A stretch of 64,000 nucleotides of DNA from an uncultured Holophagales bacterium (GCA_963842525.1 CAWJGT010000001.1:288001-352000); one strand, 5' to 3'. Positions 1 to 10,338 are shown, numbered from the stretch's first letter. A program made the numbers and translations. Notes: generated from the letters alone by a model not told the origin.

Positions 1-1
1 G

Positions 2-1471
2 CTGGTCTCGACGTTCGGCACGCTCCGCTACACGGAGATCTTCGAGCGCATCGAGGCGAATCCGGCGTTGATGACCGGCTCGTACGTGCTCGGCCTCAGC
101 CTGGCGAGCTTCGTGGCGCTCTGCCTGTTCATCGGCGCCACGGGCAAGAGCGCGCAGCTCCCGCTCTACGTCTGGCTGCCCGACGCGATGGCCGGCCCGA
201 CGCCGGTCTCGGCGCTGATCCACGCCGCCACCATGGTCACCGCCGGCGTCTACATGGTGGCGCGCTCGAACGCGATCTATCAGCTCGCGCACGACATCTC
301 CCTGGTGGTGGCCACGATCGGCGCGGCCACGGCGATCTTCGCCGCCACGATCGGCATTGCACAGACCGACATCAAGAAGGTTTTGGCCTATTCGACCGTG
401 TCGCAGCTCGGCTACATGTTCCTGGCCGCGGGCGTGGGGGCCTACACGGCGGCGATCTTCCACGTGACGACGCATGCCTTTTTCAAGGCCCTCCTCTTCC
501 TCGGCTCCGGCTCGGTGATCCACGCCATGGGCGGCGAGCAGGACATGCGGAAAATGGGCGGGCTCGGAAAATACCTGCCGCAGACGAGCAAGACCTTCTG
601 GATCGGCTGCCTGGCGATCGCGGGCGTGCCGGGTTTTGCCGGTTTCTTCAGCAAGGACGAGATCCTGCACTCCGCGGCCGCGGGCGGCTATTGGGTGCTC
701 TGGGGGGTCGGCCTGCTGACCGCGGGCATCACGGCCTTCTACATGTTCCGCGCCCATTACATGACGTTCTCGGGGAAGTTCCGCGGCACGCACGAGCAGG
801 AGCATCACCTGCACGAGTCGCCGCCGGTGATGACCATCCCCCTGTGGATCCTTGCGGGAGGGGCGGTGCTCTCGGGGCTTCTGGGCATCCCGAAGCTCCT
901 GACCCTGGGGTTCCTGCCCGAGAACGCGTTCGGCCATTTCCTCGAGCCGGTCGTGGCCGAGGTGGGCCAGCACTCCGAGCACCACGTTTCGACGGCGTTG
1001 GAGCTCGGACTGATGGGCATCGCGGTCGCCGTGGCGGCGGCGGGCATCTTCCTGGCGCGGTCGCTCTACAGCGGCGACCGCGGGCTCGCCAAGGGGACGG
1101 TCTGGGCGGAGCGCTTCCCCGCGGTCCACCGGGTGCTCGGCAACAAGTACTACGTCGACGAGCTCTACGATGCGACGGTGGTAAGAGGTTTTTGGGCCTC
1201 GGCGCGTGGGCTCTTCCGTTTCGACGCCAAGGTGATCGACGGCTTTTTCGTGAACGGAGCGCGCAACGCGACCGTCGCCTTTTCGCTGATCTCGGGCCTG
1301 TTCGACAAGTACGTGGTGGACGGGCTGGTCAACCTGACGGGCTCGGTCCTCGACCTGGGCTCGCGGGGCTTCCGCCGCCTGCAGACCGGGTATGTCGCCA
1401 ACTATGCGTTGGTCCTGGCGGTGGGGATGTTCGCTCTGATCTGCATCTACATGGTCCTGCGTCTGCGCTGA
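2..1471 (+). CDS. nuoL: NADH-quinone oxidoreductase subunit L (5'-truncated by window edge)
   Basis: GKSAQLPLYVWLPDAMAGPTPVSALIHAATMVTAG, DIKKVLAYSTVSQLG and HAFFKALLFL motifs; frame open from position 2. Confidence 0.97.
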   Translation: MVSTFGTLRYTEIFERIEANPALMTGSYVLGLSLASFVALCLFIGATGKSAQLPLYVWLPDAMAGPTPVSALIHAATMVTAGVYMVARSNAIYQLAHDISLVVATIGAATAIFAATIGIAQTDIKKVLAYSTVSQLGYMFLAAGVGAYTAAIFHVTTHAFFKALLFLGSGSVIHAMGGEQDMRKMGGLGKYLPQTSKTFWIGCLAIAGVPGFAGFFSKDEILHSAAAGGYWVLWGVGLLTAGITAFYMFRAHYMTFSGKFRGTHEQEHHLHESPPVMTIPLWILAGGAVLSGLLGIPKLLTLGFLPENAFGHFLEPVVAEVGQHSEHHVSTALELGLMGIAVAVAAAGIFLARSLYSGDRGLAKGTVWAERFPAVHRVLGNKYYVDELYDATVVRGFWASARGLFRFDAKVIDGFFVNGARNATVAFSLISGLFDKYVVDGLVNLTGSVLDLGSRGFRRLQTGYVANYALVLAVGMFALICIYMVLRLR

Positions 1472-1495
1472 TCAGGAGATGCCTCTGGGGGAATC

Positions 1496-3100
1496 ATGTT
1501 CGACTGGGTCCACAGCGTTCCGATCCTGAGCCTCATCACCTACGTGCCCCTGCTCGGGGCGCTTTTCGTCATCTTCTTCATGAAGAACGATCAGTCGCCG
1601 CGGATCCGCAAGTTCGCGACCGGCGTGGTGATGATCGACTTCCTGCTCTCCGTGCCGCTCTGGTTCGCTTTCGACCGGGAGGCGACCGGAGAGGGATTGT
1701 TCCAGTTCCGCGAGAAAGCGGAGTGGATCAAGTCGATCGGAGTGAGCTATGAAATGGGGATCGACGGCGTGGCCCTGCTGCTCGTGCTGCTGACCACGCT
1801 CCTGGGCGTCCTCGCCTTCCTCTCGTCCTGGAGCGCCATCCAGAACCGCGAGAAGGAGTACTACGTCTTCATGCTCCTCCTCCAGACGGGCATGCTCGGC
1901 GTCTTCATGGCGATGGACTTCTTCCTCTTCTATGTCTTCTGGGAAGTGATGCTGGTGCCGATGTACTTCCTGATCGGCATCTGGGGCGGTCCGCGCAGGC
2001 TCTACGCGGCGATCAAGTTCTTCCTCTACACCCTGGTGGGCTCGGTGCTGATGCTCCTCGGCATCCTGGCGCTCTATTTCTTCAACGCCGGCGGCCTGCT
2101 GGGCTGGGAAGGGCTGGGCAACGAGATCAGCTTCTCCATCCGCCAGTTCCACGACATCGCCAGCCAGATCCCCAAGGACCTCCAGATCTGGATCTTCCTC
2201 GCCTTCTTCGTCGGCTTCGCCATCAAGGTGCCGATGTTCCCGTTCCACACCTGGCTGCCGGACGCGCACGTGGAGGCGCCCACGGCCGGCTCGGTGATCC
2301 TGGCCGGCGTCCTGCTGAAGATGGGCACCTACGGTTTCGTCCGCTTCTCGCTGCCGATCCTGCCCGAGGCCACCCTGGAGCTGCTGCCCTGGATGGCCGG
2401 GCTGTCGATCCTCGGCATCCTCTACGGCGCGCTGGTGGCCATGGCGCAGAAGGACATGAAGAAGCTGGTGGCCTACTCTTCGGTCAGCCACCTCGGCTTC
2501 GTCATGCTCGGGATCTTCGCCTTGAACGGCCCGGGCCTGAACGGCGGCATCCTCCAGATGATCAATCATGGCCTCTCGACCGGCGCGCTGTTCCTGCTCG
2601 TCGGCATCATCTACGAGCGGCGGCACACGCGCATGATCGCCGAGTACGGCGGCATCTCCGCGGTGATGCCCGTCTTCGCCACGATCTTCCTGATCATCAC
2701 CATGTCGTCGATCGGCCTGCCGGCGCTCAACGGCTTCGTGGGCGAGTTCACGATCCTGGTCGGGGCCTTCGACCGCAACTGGGTCTGGGCCCTTCTCGCG
2801 GCGCTCGGCATCGTGCTCGGCGCGGCCTACATGCTGTGGCTGTACCAGCGCGTCTTCTTCGGGCCGCTGACCAATCCGGAGAACAAGGGACTCAAGGACC
2901 TGAACCGCCGCGAGCTCCTCTACCTGATGCCGATCGTCGTGCTCTGCTTCTGGATCGGGCTCTATCCGCGGCCGTTCTTCGACATCCTGAAGAAGCCGGT
3001 GGACTACATCGTCGCCAAGGTCGACCCGGCCTACAAGCCGGCGCTCGCCGGCACCGGTACGCCGGCAGCGGAAGCGGCGTCCGGCCAGGTGGGGGAGTGA
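1496..3100 (+). CDS. nuoM: NADH-quinone oxidoreductase subunit M
   Basis: KVPMFPFHTWLPDAHVEAPTAGSVILAGVLLKMG, DMKKLVAYSSVSH; follows nuoL. Confidence 0.97.
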   Translation: MFDWVHSVPILSLITYVPLLGALFVIFFMKNDQSPRIRKFATGVVMIDFLLSVPLWFAFDREATGEGLFQFREKAEWIKSIGVSYEMGIDGVALLLVLLTTLLGVLAFLSSWSAIQNREKEYYVFMLLLQTGMLGVFMAMDFFLFYVFWEVMLVPMYFLIGIWGGPRRLYAAIKFFLYTLVGSVLMLLGILALYFFNAGGLLGWEGLGNEISFSIRQFHDIASQIPKDLQIWIFLAFFVGFAIKVPMFPFHTWLPDAHVEAPTAGSVILAGVLLKMGTYGFVRFSLPILPEATLELLPWMAGLSILGILYGALVAMAQKDMKKLVAYSSVSHLGFVMLGIFALNGPGLNGGILQMINHGLSTGALFLLVGIIYERRHTRMIAEYGGISAVMPVFATIFLIITMSSIGLPALNGFVGEFTILVGAFDRNWVWALLAALGIVLGAAYMLWLYQRVFFGPLTNPENKGLKDLNRRELLYLMPIVVLCFWIGLYPRPFFDILKKPVDYIVAKVDPAYKPALAGTGTPAAEAASGQVGE

Positions 3101-4557
3101 GCCCCGTGCTGCCGAATCCCCAGGAGTTCCTCCTGCTCGCGCCGGAGATCCTGCTCGCCTCGGCGGGCCTGCTCCTGCTGCTGATCGGCACGATCGGCCG
3201 CGGCCTGGGCAACCGGGAGTCGGCGCTGGTGGCGTTCGTCAGCCTGGTCCTCACCGGCTTCGTGCTGTGGCGGGTGCGGGTGAGCGTGCCCGGTCGCCTG
3301 CTGATCCTCGAGGACACCTTCGTGCTGGACGGCTTCGCCTTCTTCTGGAAGGCGCTGGTGCTGGTGGCGACGGCGCTGACCATCCTGCTGTCGGTCCGCT
3401 TCCTCGAAGAGGGGGGCTACCGGGCGACCGAGTACTATGCCCTGCTGCTGCTGGCGACCGCGGGCATGCTCTTCATGGCGAGCGGCTATACGCTGCTCAC
3501 CATCTGGATCTCGCTCGAGACCATGGCGCTCGCGAGCTACATCCTGGCCGGCTATTTCAAGCGCCACCTGCGGTCCAACGAAGCGGCCCTCAAGTACTTC
3601 ATCCTCGGCGCCCTGTCGAGCGGCATCCTGCTCTACGGCATCTCGCTCCTCTACGGCGCCACCGGCACGGTGCAGCTCGGCGAGCTGGCGCGGGGCCTCG
3701 CGGGGGCCTCCGGCAATGTCCTGGTCCCGCTCGGCTGGCTGCTCCTCGCCGCCGGCCTCTTCTTCAAGGTGGCCGCGGTGCCGTTCCACATCTGGACGCC
3801 GGACGTCTATGTCGGCGCTCCGACTCCGGTGACCGCCTTCCTGGCGGTGGGCTCCAAGGCGGCCTCGTTCGCCATCCTGCTGCGCATCTTCTATGAAGGG
3901 CTCGGCACTCTGCAGCTCGAGTGGCAGTGGATCGTCGCCGTGGTGGCCGCGGCTTCGATGATCTGGGGCAACGTGGCGGCGCTGACGCAGGAGAACGTCA
4001 AGCGGATGCTCGCCTACAGCTCGATCGCCCACGCCGGCTACATCCTGATCGGGGTGCTGGCCGTGTCGGAGATCGGGCTGTGGTCCGTCCTCTTCTACGT
4101 GCTGGCCTACAGCTTCATCACTTTCGGAGCTTTCGGCACGGTGATCCTCCTGGAGCGCAAGGAGTACGCGGGGGAGACCTGCGCGGACTACGCGGGCCTG
4201 TCCCATCGCGCGCCGTTCCTGGCGGCCATGATGCTGCTCTTCATGCTGGCCCTGACCGGGATCCCGCCCACCGGCGGCTTCTTCGGCAAGGTCTACCTCT
4301 TCGCCGCCGCGGTCGAGGCGGGCTGGACCTGGGTGGCGGTGATCGGCGTGGTGACCAGCGCGATTTCCCTCTATTACTACTTCCGGATCGTGGTCTACAT
4401 GTACCTGCGCGAGTCCACCCAGGCCGCGCCGGTGCCAATGCACGCGCCCGCCCTGTTCGGCGCCATCGCCTTCTGCGCCCTGGCGACCCTGATCCTGGGG
4501 CTCTATCCCGAGCCGTTCATCCAGCTCGCCCGCGCCAGCCTGCTGCCGCTGCCGTAG
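3097..4557 (+). CDS. nuoN: NADH-quinone oxidoreductase subunit N
   Basis: EAALKYFILG, FKVAAVPFHIWTPDVYVGAPTPV, KRMLAYSSIAHAGY; GTG start overlaps the nuoM stop (alternative GTG at 3106). Confidence 0.96.
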   Translation: MSPVLPNPQEFLLLAPEILLASAGLLLLLIGTIGRGLGNRESALVAFVSLVLTGFVLWRVRVSVPGRLLILEDTFVLDGFAFFWKALVLVATALTILLSVRFLEEGGYRATEYYALLLLATAGMLFMASGYTLLTIWISLETMALASYILAGYFKRHLRSNEAALKYFILGALSSGILLYGISLLYGATGTVQLGELARGLAGASGNVLVPLGWLLLAAGLFFKVAAVPFHIWTPDVYVGAPTPVTAFLAVGSKAASFAILLRIFYEGLGTLQLEWQWIVAVVAAASMIWGNVAALTQENVKRMLAYSSIAHAGYILIGVLAVSEIGLWSVLFYVLAYSFITFGAFGTVILLERKEYAGETCADYAGLSHRAPFLAAMMLLFMLALTGIPPTGGFFGKVYLFAAAVEAGWTWVAVIGVVTSAISLYYYFRIVVYMYLRESTQAAPVPMHAPALFGAIAFCALATLILGLYPEPFIQLARASLLPLP

Positions 4558-4674
4558 GGTTGTCCCGGGGTGCCGTTTCTGGCGCCGGGGAGTGCCGATT
4601 CGGCCGGCCGGCCGGAATGGCGTACACTATTGAAGAAAAGGGTGGGGCCCGGGGGCTTGGAAACGCTCGTCCTC

Positions 4675-4701
4675 GGAATAGGGCGTGTGCTTGCCGGGGT
4701 T
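4675..4701 (+). promoter_or_regulatory. possible SigH/SigR-type ECF promoter (GGAAT-N19-GTT)
   Basis: GGAAT 4675-4679 and GTT 4699-4701 upstream of the sigma gene; spacer one base longer than the actinobacterial consensus; a similar GAAAT-N18-GTT lies at 5488-5513 before the anti-sigma. Confidence 0.3.
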
Positions 4702-4851
4702 TCCTCTAGATGTCCCCTCATGGGGACGCACTCCTCCTCTTTCGACTCCACCCGAGTGAGCCTTGGGAGAGCTGACCCCTCCCCTCCAGCCGTTGGCATT
4801 GTATGTGCGTAGTGTCCAGGCCGGAGAGGAAACCGGCTGAAGGGGGTAAGA

Positions 4852-5472
4852 ATGGCGAAGACCAGCGCAGACCACCAGAAAGGGTGGAACTTCGAGGCGG
4901 CGGCGATGCCCTTCGTGGACGCGCTCTACAATACCGCCTATCGAATGACGCGCAACGCCGAGGACGCGGAAGACCTGGTCCAGGAGACGTACCTCAAGGC
5001 GTACCGTTACTACGACAAGTTCGAGGAAGGGACCAACTTCAAGGCGTGGTTGTTCAAGATCATGAAGAACACCTTCATCAACAACTACCGCAAGAAGCAG
5101 CAGGCCCCTGCCCTCAGCGACTTCGCGGAGATCGAAGAATCGTTCGAGAACCAGGTGAGCGAGGACGCCTCCCGGCAGATCAAGAGCCCCGAGGAGGAGC
5201 TCCTGGAGAACGTCCTCGACGAAGACGTCCAGCGCAGCCTCGACAAGCTGCCTCCCGACTACCGGATGGTCGTGATCCTGGCGGACCTGGAAGGCTTCTC
5301 GTACAAGGAGATCGCCGAGATCCTGGAGGTCCCGGTGGGCACCGTCATGAGCCGCCTCTACCGCGGGCGGCGCCTGCTCGAGGCCGCGATGCTCGAATTC
5401 GCCCGCGAGCACGGCTATCTGCGGGAGGGCGAGCCGGCCAAGATGCGGAGCAAGGTCCTGACCTCGAAGTGA
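4852..5472 (+). CDS. ECF sigma-70 factor, SigH/SigR-like
   Basis: Region 2 AYRMTRNAEDAEDLVQETYLKAYR...FKAWLFKI; region 4 EGFSYKEIAEILEVPVGTVMSRLYRGR. Confidence 0.93.
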   Translation: MAKTSADHQKGWNFEAAAMPFVDALYNTAYRMTRNAEDAEDLVQETYLKAYRYYDKFEEGTNFKAWLFKIMKNTFINNYRKKQQAPALSDFAEIEESFENQVSEDASRQIKSPEEELLENVLDEDVQRSLDKLPPDYRMVVILADLEGFSYKEIAEILEVPVGTVMSRLYRGRRLLEAAMLEFAREHGYLREGEPAKMRSKVLTSK

Positions 5473-5575
5473 TACTCCGGCGACCCGGAAATATCCGGCC
5501 CGAAGAGCGAGTTGATCTAGAAGGTTACGGCCTCAGGAGCGATGCAGCCGAGCCCGGGGACCGCGGAGGACGGAC

Positions 5576-5824
5576 ATGGACTGTAAAGAAGTCGGGTCGA
5601 TTTTGTTTCTCTTCTTCGACAACGAGATGGATGAGAACCTCATGACCCCGTTCCGTGATCATGTCTCAGGCTGTGGCAACTGCGCACGCCAGGTGGACTA
5701 CACCCGCAAGCTCCTGCTCATCGTCAGGCATCGATGCATCCGCTGCAGCGCTCCGGACCGGCTGCGACACCGCATCCTGACCAGCTTGCCGCATCGCGGC
5801 AGCACCGCCCCCGGCCCCTATTGA
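5576..5824 (+). CDS. zf-HC2 (ZAS) anti-sigma factor, RsrA/RshA-like
   Basis: N-terminal Cys plus HxxxCxxC (HVSGCGNC) and APDRLRHRI; directly after the ECF sigma. Confidence 0.88.
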   Translation: MDCKEVGSILFLFFDNEMDENLMTPFRDHVSGCGNCARQVDYTRKLLLIVRHRCIRCSAPDRLRHRILTSLPHRGSTAPGPY

Positions 5825-5850
5825 ACCTCCTCCCTTTTCAGGCACCCTCC

Positions 5851-6318
5851 ATGCTCCGGCCCGACCGCTCCACGCTCCGCCTGGGGACCGCCTGCGCGCT
5901 CCTGCTGGCGCTGCTCGCCGTTCCCGCGCTGGCGCAGGACGTCCAGCTCCAGGGCCTCCGGGGGGAGCGGCTGGTCGAGTCCGACCTCGCTCGCGGAACG
6001 ACGATCATCATCGTCTGGGCCTCCTGGTCGCCGCGTTCCCGCGACATCGTGGCGCGGGTGAACCCGCTGGCCCGCCGCTGGGGAAGCCGGGCCCGTGTCG
6101 TGACGGTCAATTTCCAGGAAGACCGGCCGGCGGTCGAGGGCTTCCTGTCCGGCAAGGACCTGGGCGCGACGGTCTTCCTCGACCCCAACGGACAGTTCTC
6201 CAAGAAGTACGCGGTGGCGACGCTGCCGGGCCTCCTGATCTTCAAGGACGGCCAGGTCGTCTACCGTGGCAAGCTGCCCGACGACCCGGACCAGGTCATC
6301 GCCGAATTCCTCGGCTGA
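5851..6318 (+). CDS. exported TlpA/ResA-like thioredoxin-fold protein lacking CXXC
   Basis: Signal peptide; WASWSPRS at the WASWCxxC position; FSKKYAVATLP cis-Pro motif. Confidence 0.8.
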   Translation: MLRPDRSTLRLGTACALLLALLAVPALAQDVQLQGLRGERLVESDLARGTTIIIVWASWSPRSRDIVARVNPLARRWGSRARVVTVNFQEDRPAVEGFLSGKDLGATVFLDPNGQFSKKYAVATLPGLLIFKDGQVVYRGKLPDDPDQVIAEFLG

Positions 6319-6372
6319 CCGGACCTCACTCCCTCCCATCTTCCGAATTGGAAGATCCAGAGCGGCCAGGGG

Positions 6373-6402
6373 TTGCACCCGGGGCCGTGTCCTTGCTAGT
6401 AT
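6373..6402 (+). promoter_or_regulatory. sigma70-type promoter TTGCAC-N18-TAGTAT with extended -10 TG
   Basis: Sequence match about 60 bp upstream of the M23 gene start. Confidence 0.45.
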
Positions 6403-6463
6403 CCGCCTCGTAGTTACCGCGACGCTTAGAGCCAATCCTCGTCAACCGGGGAGGTCTGCAGGG

Positions 6464-7831
6464 ATGCAGTCGAAAAGGGTTAGTCTTGCTCCGCAATTGC
6501 TCCGCCTCGCGCTGCCGCTAGGGCTCAGTCTTCTGGCGGTCGGACTCTTCTTCACCACCCAGAGCCTCGAGGCGTACAACGAGTCGCCGTTCCCCCTTCC
6601 TGCCAATCCCCGGTTCAGCGAACGCACCATTCTACCCACCGAGGCGACGTCACGCATCGACGAGGCGCGCGTCCCCGTGGAATTCACCCTGCTGCGCGGC
6701 GAGACGGCCGACGACATCTTCCTGAAGCTGGGTCTCCAGGGGGCCGCGGTCCGCGAGGCGACCAGCTCGCTGGCGGAGCACGTCAACGTGCGCAGCCTCC
6801 GGGCCGGCAACCGGTACTCGGCGTTTTTCACCCCCGACTCCACCCTCGTCTCCTTCGAGCTGACCCTGGCCGGCAGCGGCCGGGTCGAGATGCAACGGCT
6901 GGGCGACCGCTGGTCCACCCACTGGCAGCCGTTCCGGCGCAGCCTCGAGCTGAAGGCCCTGCAGGGACGGCTCGACGGCTCGCTCGAAGGCTCGATCCGG
7001 AAGGCCGGCGGGCCGCAGACCCTGGCCTATCAGATGGCCAACGTCCTCCAGTGGGACCTCGACTTCACCCGCGACCTCCAGCGGGGAGACCGCTTTGAGG
7101 TGCTCTACGAGGAGATCCTCCTCGAGGGCGAGCCCCATGACATCGGCCGGGTGCTCGCGGTCGTCCTCGAAAACCGCGGACGTCTCCACGAGGCCTACCG
7201 GTTCGGCGATTCCGGCGTCTACTACGACGGAGAGGGCCGCCCGCTCAAGAAAATGTTCCTCCGCTCGCCGCTCCGGTACTCCCGCATCACCTCGTCGTTC
7301 AGCCACCGCCGCTTCCATCCGGTGCTCAAGACCTACCGCCCGCACTATGGCGTGGACTACGGCGCGCCCGTCGGCACGCCGGTCCAGGTGACCGCCAGCG
7401 GCGCCGTCACCTTTGCCGGCTGGGACCGGGGCGGCGGCAAGGTGGTGAAGGTCCGGCACGGCGGCGGCTATGTGACCGCCTACCTGCACCTCTCGCGTTT
7501 CGCCGCGGGGATCCAGCCCGGCGCCCGCGTGCGCCAGGGGGACATCGTCGCCTACACCGGAGCCACCGGGCTGGCGAGCGGTCCCCATCTCGACTACCGG
7601 GTCCAGCACAACAACCGGTGGATCAACCCGCTGACCCTCAAGGGCGTGCGGGACGAGCCGATCCCGTCCTACCGGCTGGCCTCGTTCCGGGCCTGGCGGG
7701 ACGAGGTGCGGGACAGCCTGCGCAGCGGCGTGGTGCGGGAGGACTTCGCCGTCCCCGGCGAAGGCTCCGGGCTCCGCTACGCGGTGACGGACGCAGCGCC
7801 GCAGGTCCGGCCGGGGGTGGCGGCTCGCTGA
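6464..7831 (+). CDS. M23 family peptidoglycan endopeptidase (MepM/Csd3-like)
   Basis: HYGVDYGAPVGTPV (HxxxD), YLHLS, GATGLASGPHLDY (HxH); N-terminal membrane anchor. Confidence 0.93.
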   Translation: MQSKRVSLAPQLLRLALPLGLSLLAVGLFFTTQSLEAYNESPFPLPANPRFSERTILPTEATSRIDEARVPVEFTLLRGETADDIFLKLGLQGAAVREATSSLAEHVNVRSLRAGNRYSAFFTPDSTLVSFELTLAGSGRVEMQRLGDRWSTHWQPFRRSLELKALQGRLDGSLEGSIRKAGGPQTLAYQMANVLQWDLDFTRDLQRGDRFEVLYEEILLEGEPHDIGRVLAVVLENRGRLHEAYRFGDSGVYYDGEGRPLKKMFLRSPLRYSRITSSFSHRRFHPVLKTYRPHYGVDYGAPVGTPVQVTASGAVTFAGWDRGGGKVVKVRHGGGYVTAYLHLSRFAAGIQPGARVRQGDIVAYTGATGLASGPHLDYRVQHNNRWINPLTLKGVRDEPIPSYRLASFRAWRDEVRDSLRSGVVREDFAVPGEGSGLRYAVTDAAPQVRPGVAAR

Positions 7832-7860
7832 GGCCGCCGCCCTCCGCCCCCTTTCCCCTC

Positions 7861-8844
7861 ATGACGACTGCCAGGGCCTGGTGCCGCGTCGATTTCGCCG
7901 GCGGGACGCTGGACATCTGGCCTCTCGGCCTCTTCCATCCGGGAGCCCGCACCGTCAACGTGGCGATCGACCTCGCCGCCACGGTCCGGCTGCGGCGCAG
8001 CGGTGACCTCTATCGGGTCCATCAGGCCGGGAGCGTCGTCGAGGCCCGTTCGACAGCCGAGCTGATCGCCCATCGCGAGGGGGCCCTGGTCGGGGTCATC
8101 GCCGAAGCGCTGGGACTGCCGCCGGTCGAGGTAGACCTCGCCAGCGACTCGCCGCACGGCGGCGGGCTCGGCGCCAGCTCGGCCCTGGCGGTCGCCCTGA
8201 TCGCCGCGGCCGAGGAGGAGCTGGGCCTCCCCGCGTCGACCGCGGCGCAGCGGGCCCGCCTGGCGCGCGACCTGGAGGCCCGGCTCATGGAGCTTCCGAC
8301 GGGGCTCCAGGACCACTATCCAGCCATGCTCGGGGGTGCGCTGGAGATCGAAGCCCGGCCGGGCGGCGAGTCCGTGCGGCGGCTCGCGGTCGACCTGGAT
8401 GCACTGGGAGAGAGTCTGCTCGTCGCCTACTCGGGCATCAGCCACTTCTCCGCGGGCAAGAACTGGCGGGTCGTCCGGCGCCGGCTGGACGGCGACCCCG
8501 AGATCAAGGCTCTGCTCGGCGGCATCGCCGAGGTGGCGGCCGCAGTGCCGCCGGCCCTGGAGGCGGGAGACTTCCAACGGGTAGGGGAGCTGATGAGCCG
8601 GGAGTGGAGCCATCGCCGCCAACTGGCGGAAGGGATCTCGACCCCGGAGATCGACCGGCTCTTCGCCGCGGCCCTCGCGGCCGGAGCCTGGGGCGGCAAA
8701 GCCTGCGGCGCGGGTGGGGGAGGCTGCCTCGCGTTCCTCTGTCCGCCGGAGCACCGGCCGGCGATCAGCGCCGCGCTCGAGCAGGCGGGCGCGCAAGTCC
8801 TGAGGACGCGGCCGACCGCCGAGCCGCTGGCGGTCTCTTCCTAG
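7861..8844 (+). CDS. GHMP kinase, HddA-like (sugar/heptose-phosphate kinase family)
   Basis: RVDFAGGTLD, PHGGGLGASSA, GLQDHY, GGKACGAGGGG. Confidence 0.85.
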   Translation: MTTARAWCRVDFAGGTLDIWPLGLFHPGARTVNVAIDLAATVRLRRSGDLYRVHQAGSVVEARSTAELIAHREGALVGVIAEALGLPPVEVDLASDSPHGGGLGASSALAVALIAAAEEELGLPASTAAQRARLARDLEARLMELPTGLQDHYPAMLGGALEIEARPGGESVRRLAVDLDALGESLLVAYSGISHFSAGKNWRVVRRRLDGDPEIKALLGGIAEVAAAVPPALEAGDFQRVGELMSREWSHRRQLAEGISTPEIDRLFAAALAAGAWGGKACGAGGGGCLAFLCPPEHRPAISAALEQAGAQVLRTRPTAEPLAVSS

Positions 8845-8909
8845 TTCCCAATCCTGTTCATTGATCCGCTTTTCCTAGCCCGGCGATTTATCGCCGGGTG
8901 GCTCGCGGC

Positions 8910-10328
8910 CTAGCGGCTCATCCGCTGCTCGAGGATCTCATAGGCGCGCTTGAGGTCCACGCCCGGGGAGAACAGGATCTCGCGGACCTCACTCCAGCCT
9001 TCCCCTTCATTCATCCGGTACTTGACGCGGTCCTTCTCGGCCCACGCGACCAATTGATCCTGACCCGTCTTCGAAGCGAAGAGAGTGACCGGCCCGGCCC
9101 CGACCTCCGGGAGAGGGCGGCTGGACGCGACCCGGATCTGGAGCAGGTGGATGAGGGGCAGCGCGGGCGAGCCCGGCGCGACGGCGGCGAGGTCCGAGGA
9201 GCCATCGATCTCGATAATGTCTGCCCCGGCACTGGTTGTGGCCGTGGCGTTCGCGTTGCGGAGGCCGCGGCCGGAGAGCCGCGCACCGATGTCGATGATG
9301 TGCATGCGGGCAAGGCCGGCGAGGACTTTGAGCGGATCGGCGCCCTTGCGCTCCAGGATCTTGGCCCGGACCGCGTCGCCGATCGCCTGAGCGATCTCGG
9401 GCTGGAAGGCGCGCGCACCGATGTCGATGATGTGCATGCGGGCGAGGTCGGCGATCTGCGGCAGCTTGGCGGGATAGTTGAGCTGGTGGCCGATATCGAT
9501 GATGTGCATGCGGGCGTCGCCGGCGAGCTGCGCGAGCTGCGCGGGCAGGACATCGATCTCCAGGGAGACCATCCGCCGGGAGTCGGGAGAGGCAAAGGAC
9601 ACGACCACCGTCTGGCCGTCGCGCCCGGACTGGATCCGCAGCGACCGGAGAAGCTCGGTCGTGGGGTCGGCGCCACCATCCTCCCGTTCGGACACATCGT
9701 GACTGTTCAGGTTGAAGATCGGGCTCTTGCCGATGAACGTGCCGTTCTCGAGGATGATCGGCAGATAGAAGGCTTCGAAGTCGCCACGGCCGTTGTCCTC
9801 TTTCCAGACCACATGGAGGAAGGTGCGGTTGCGCGGCTCTGTCTCCCCGACCACCCGGTAGGTGTCGCGGGTGACCGCGATCCGGGGCGAGGTCTTGGCT
9901 GCGACGAAATTGCCGAGGATCTGGATCGGCGTGTTCCAACCGTCGTCATCGGCGAACCCGGCGAGCAGGAGCACGGGGTGGATCTGGTTGACCCGGCTTT
10001 CCCAGATCAGGAAGACCGTGTCCGAGGCCTCCTCGTACAGCAGGAAGGGCTGGCTCTCCTCGGCGGCTCCGCCGGTCTGCGGCACGAGGTACCGCTCGAT
10101 GGGGGCGCCGGGCCGGACCACCTCGAGTGCCAGCACCGCGTCGCCACGGTCGGTGCCCCGGGGAGGCGCCCCCTGAAAGAGATCGCCGAAGATGCCCGAC
10201 CGGATCAGATAGAGCTCGCCGTGAGACCCCACGGTGGCCCCGGTGGCCTCGGTTTGGGCCTGCAGCGCGGGGACTGCCGCAAGGCCGAGGCTGAAGAAGA
10301 GTGCGAGAGAGCGAACGAGCGTCCTCAT
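8910..10328 (-). CDS. secreted hypothetical protein with three ARMHIIDIG repeats
   Basis: Sec signal MRTLVRSLALFFSLGLAAVPALQA; beta-rich body with a helical insert carrying the repeats; start lies 10 bp after the TPR gene stop. Confidence 0.8.
   Translation of the reverse strand: MRTLVRSLALFFSLGLAAVPALQAQTEATGATVGSHGELYLIRSGIFGDLFQGAPPRGTDRGDAVLALEVVRPGAPIERYLVPQTGGAAEESQPFLLYEEASDTVFLIWESRVNQIHPVLLLAGFADDDGWNTPIQILGNFVAAKTSPRIAVTRDTYRVVGETEPRNRTFLHVVWKEDNGRGDFEAFYLPIILENGTFIGKSPIFNLNSHDVSEREDGGADPTTELLRSLRIQSGRDGQTVVVSFASPDSRRMVSLEIDVLPAQLAQLAGDARMHIIDIGHQLNYPAKLPQIADLARMHIIDIGARAFQPEIAQAIGDAVRAKILERKGADPLKVLAGLARMHIIDIGARLSGRGLRNANATATTSAGADIIEIDGSSDLAAVAPGSPALPLIHLLQIRVASSRPLPEVGAGPVTLFASKTGQDQLVAWAEKDRVKYRMNEGEGWSEVREILFSPGVDLKRAYEILEQRMSR
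9281..9515 (-). repeat. three intragenic repeats encoding ARMHIIDIG
   Basis: gcgcaccgatgtcgatgatgtgcatgcgggc is identical at 9281-9311 and 9413-9443; near-identical core at 9490-9515. Confidence 0.92.
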
Positions 10329-10338
10329 CTCGATATCC

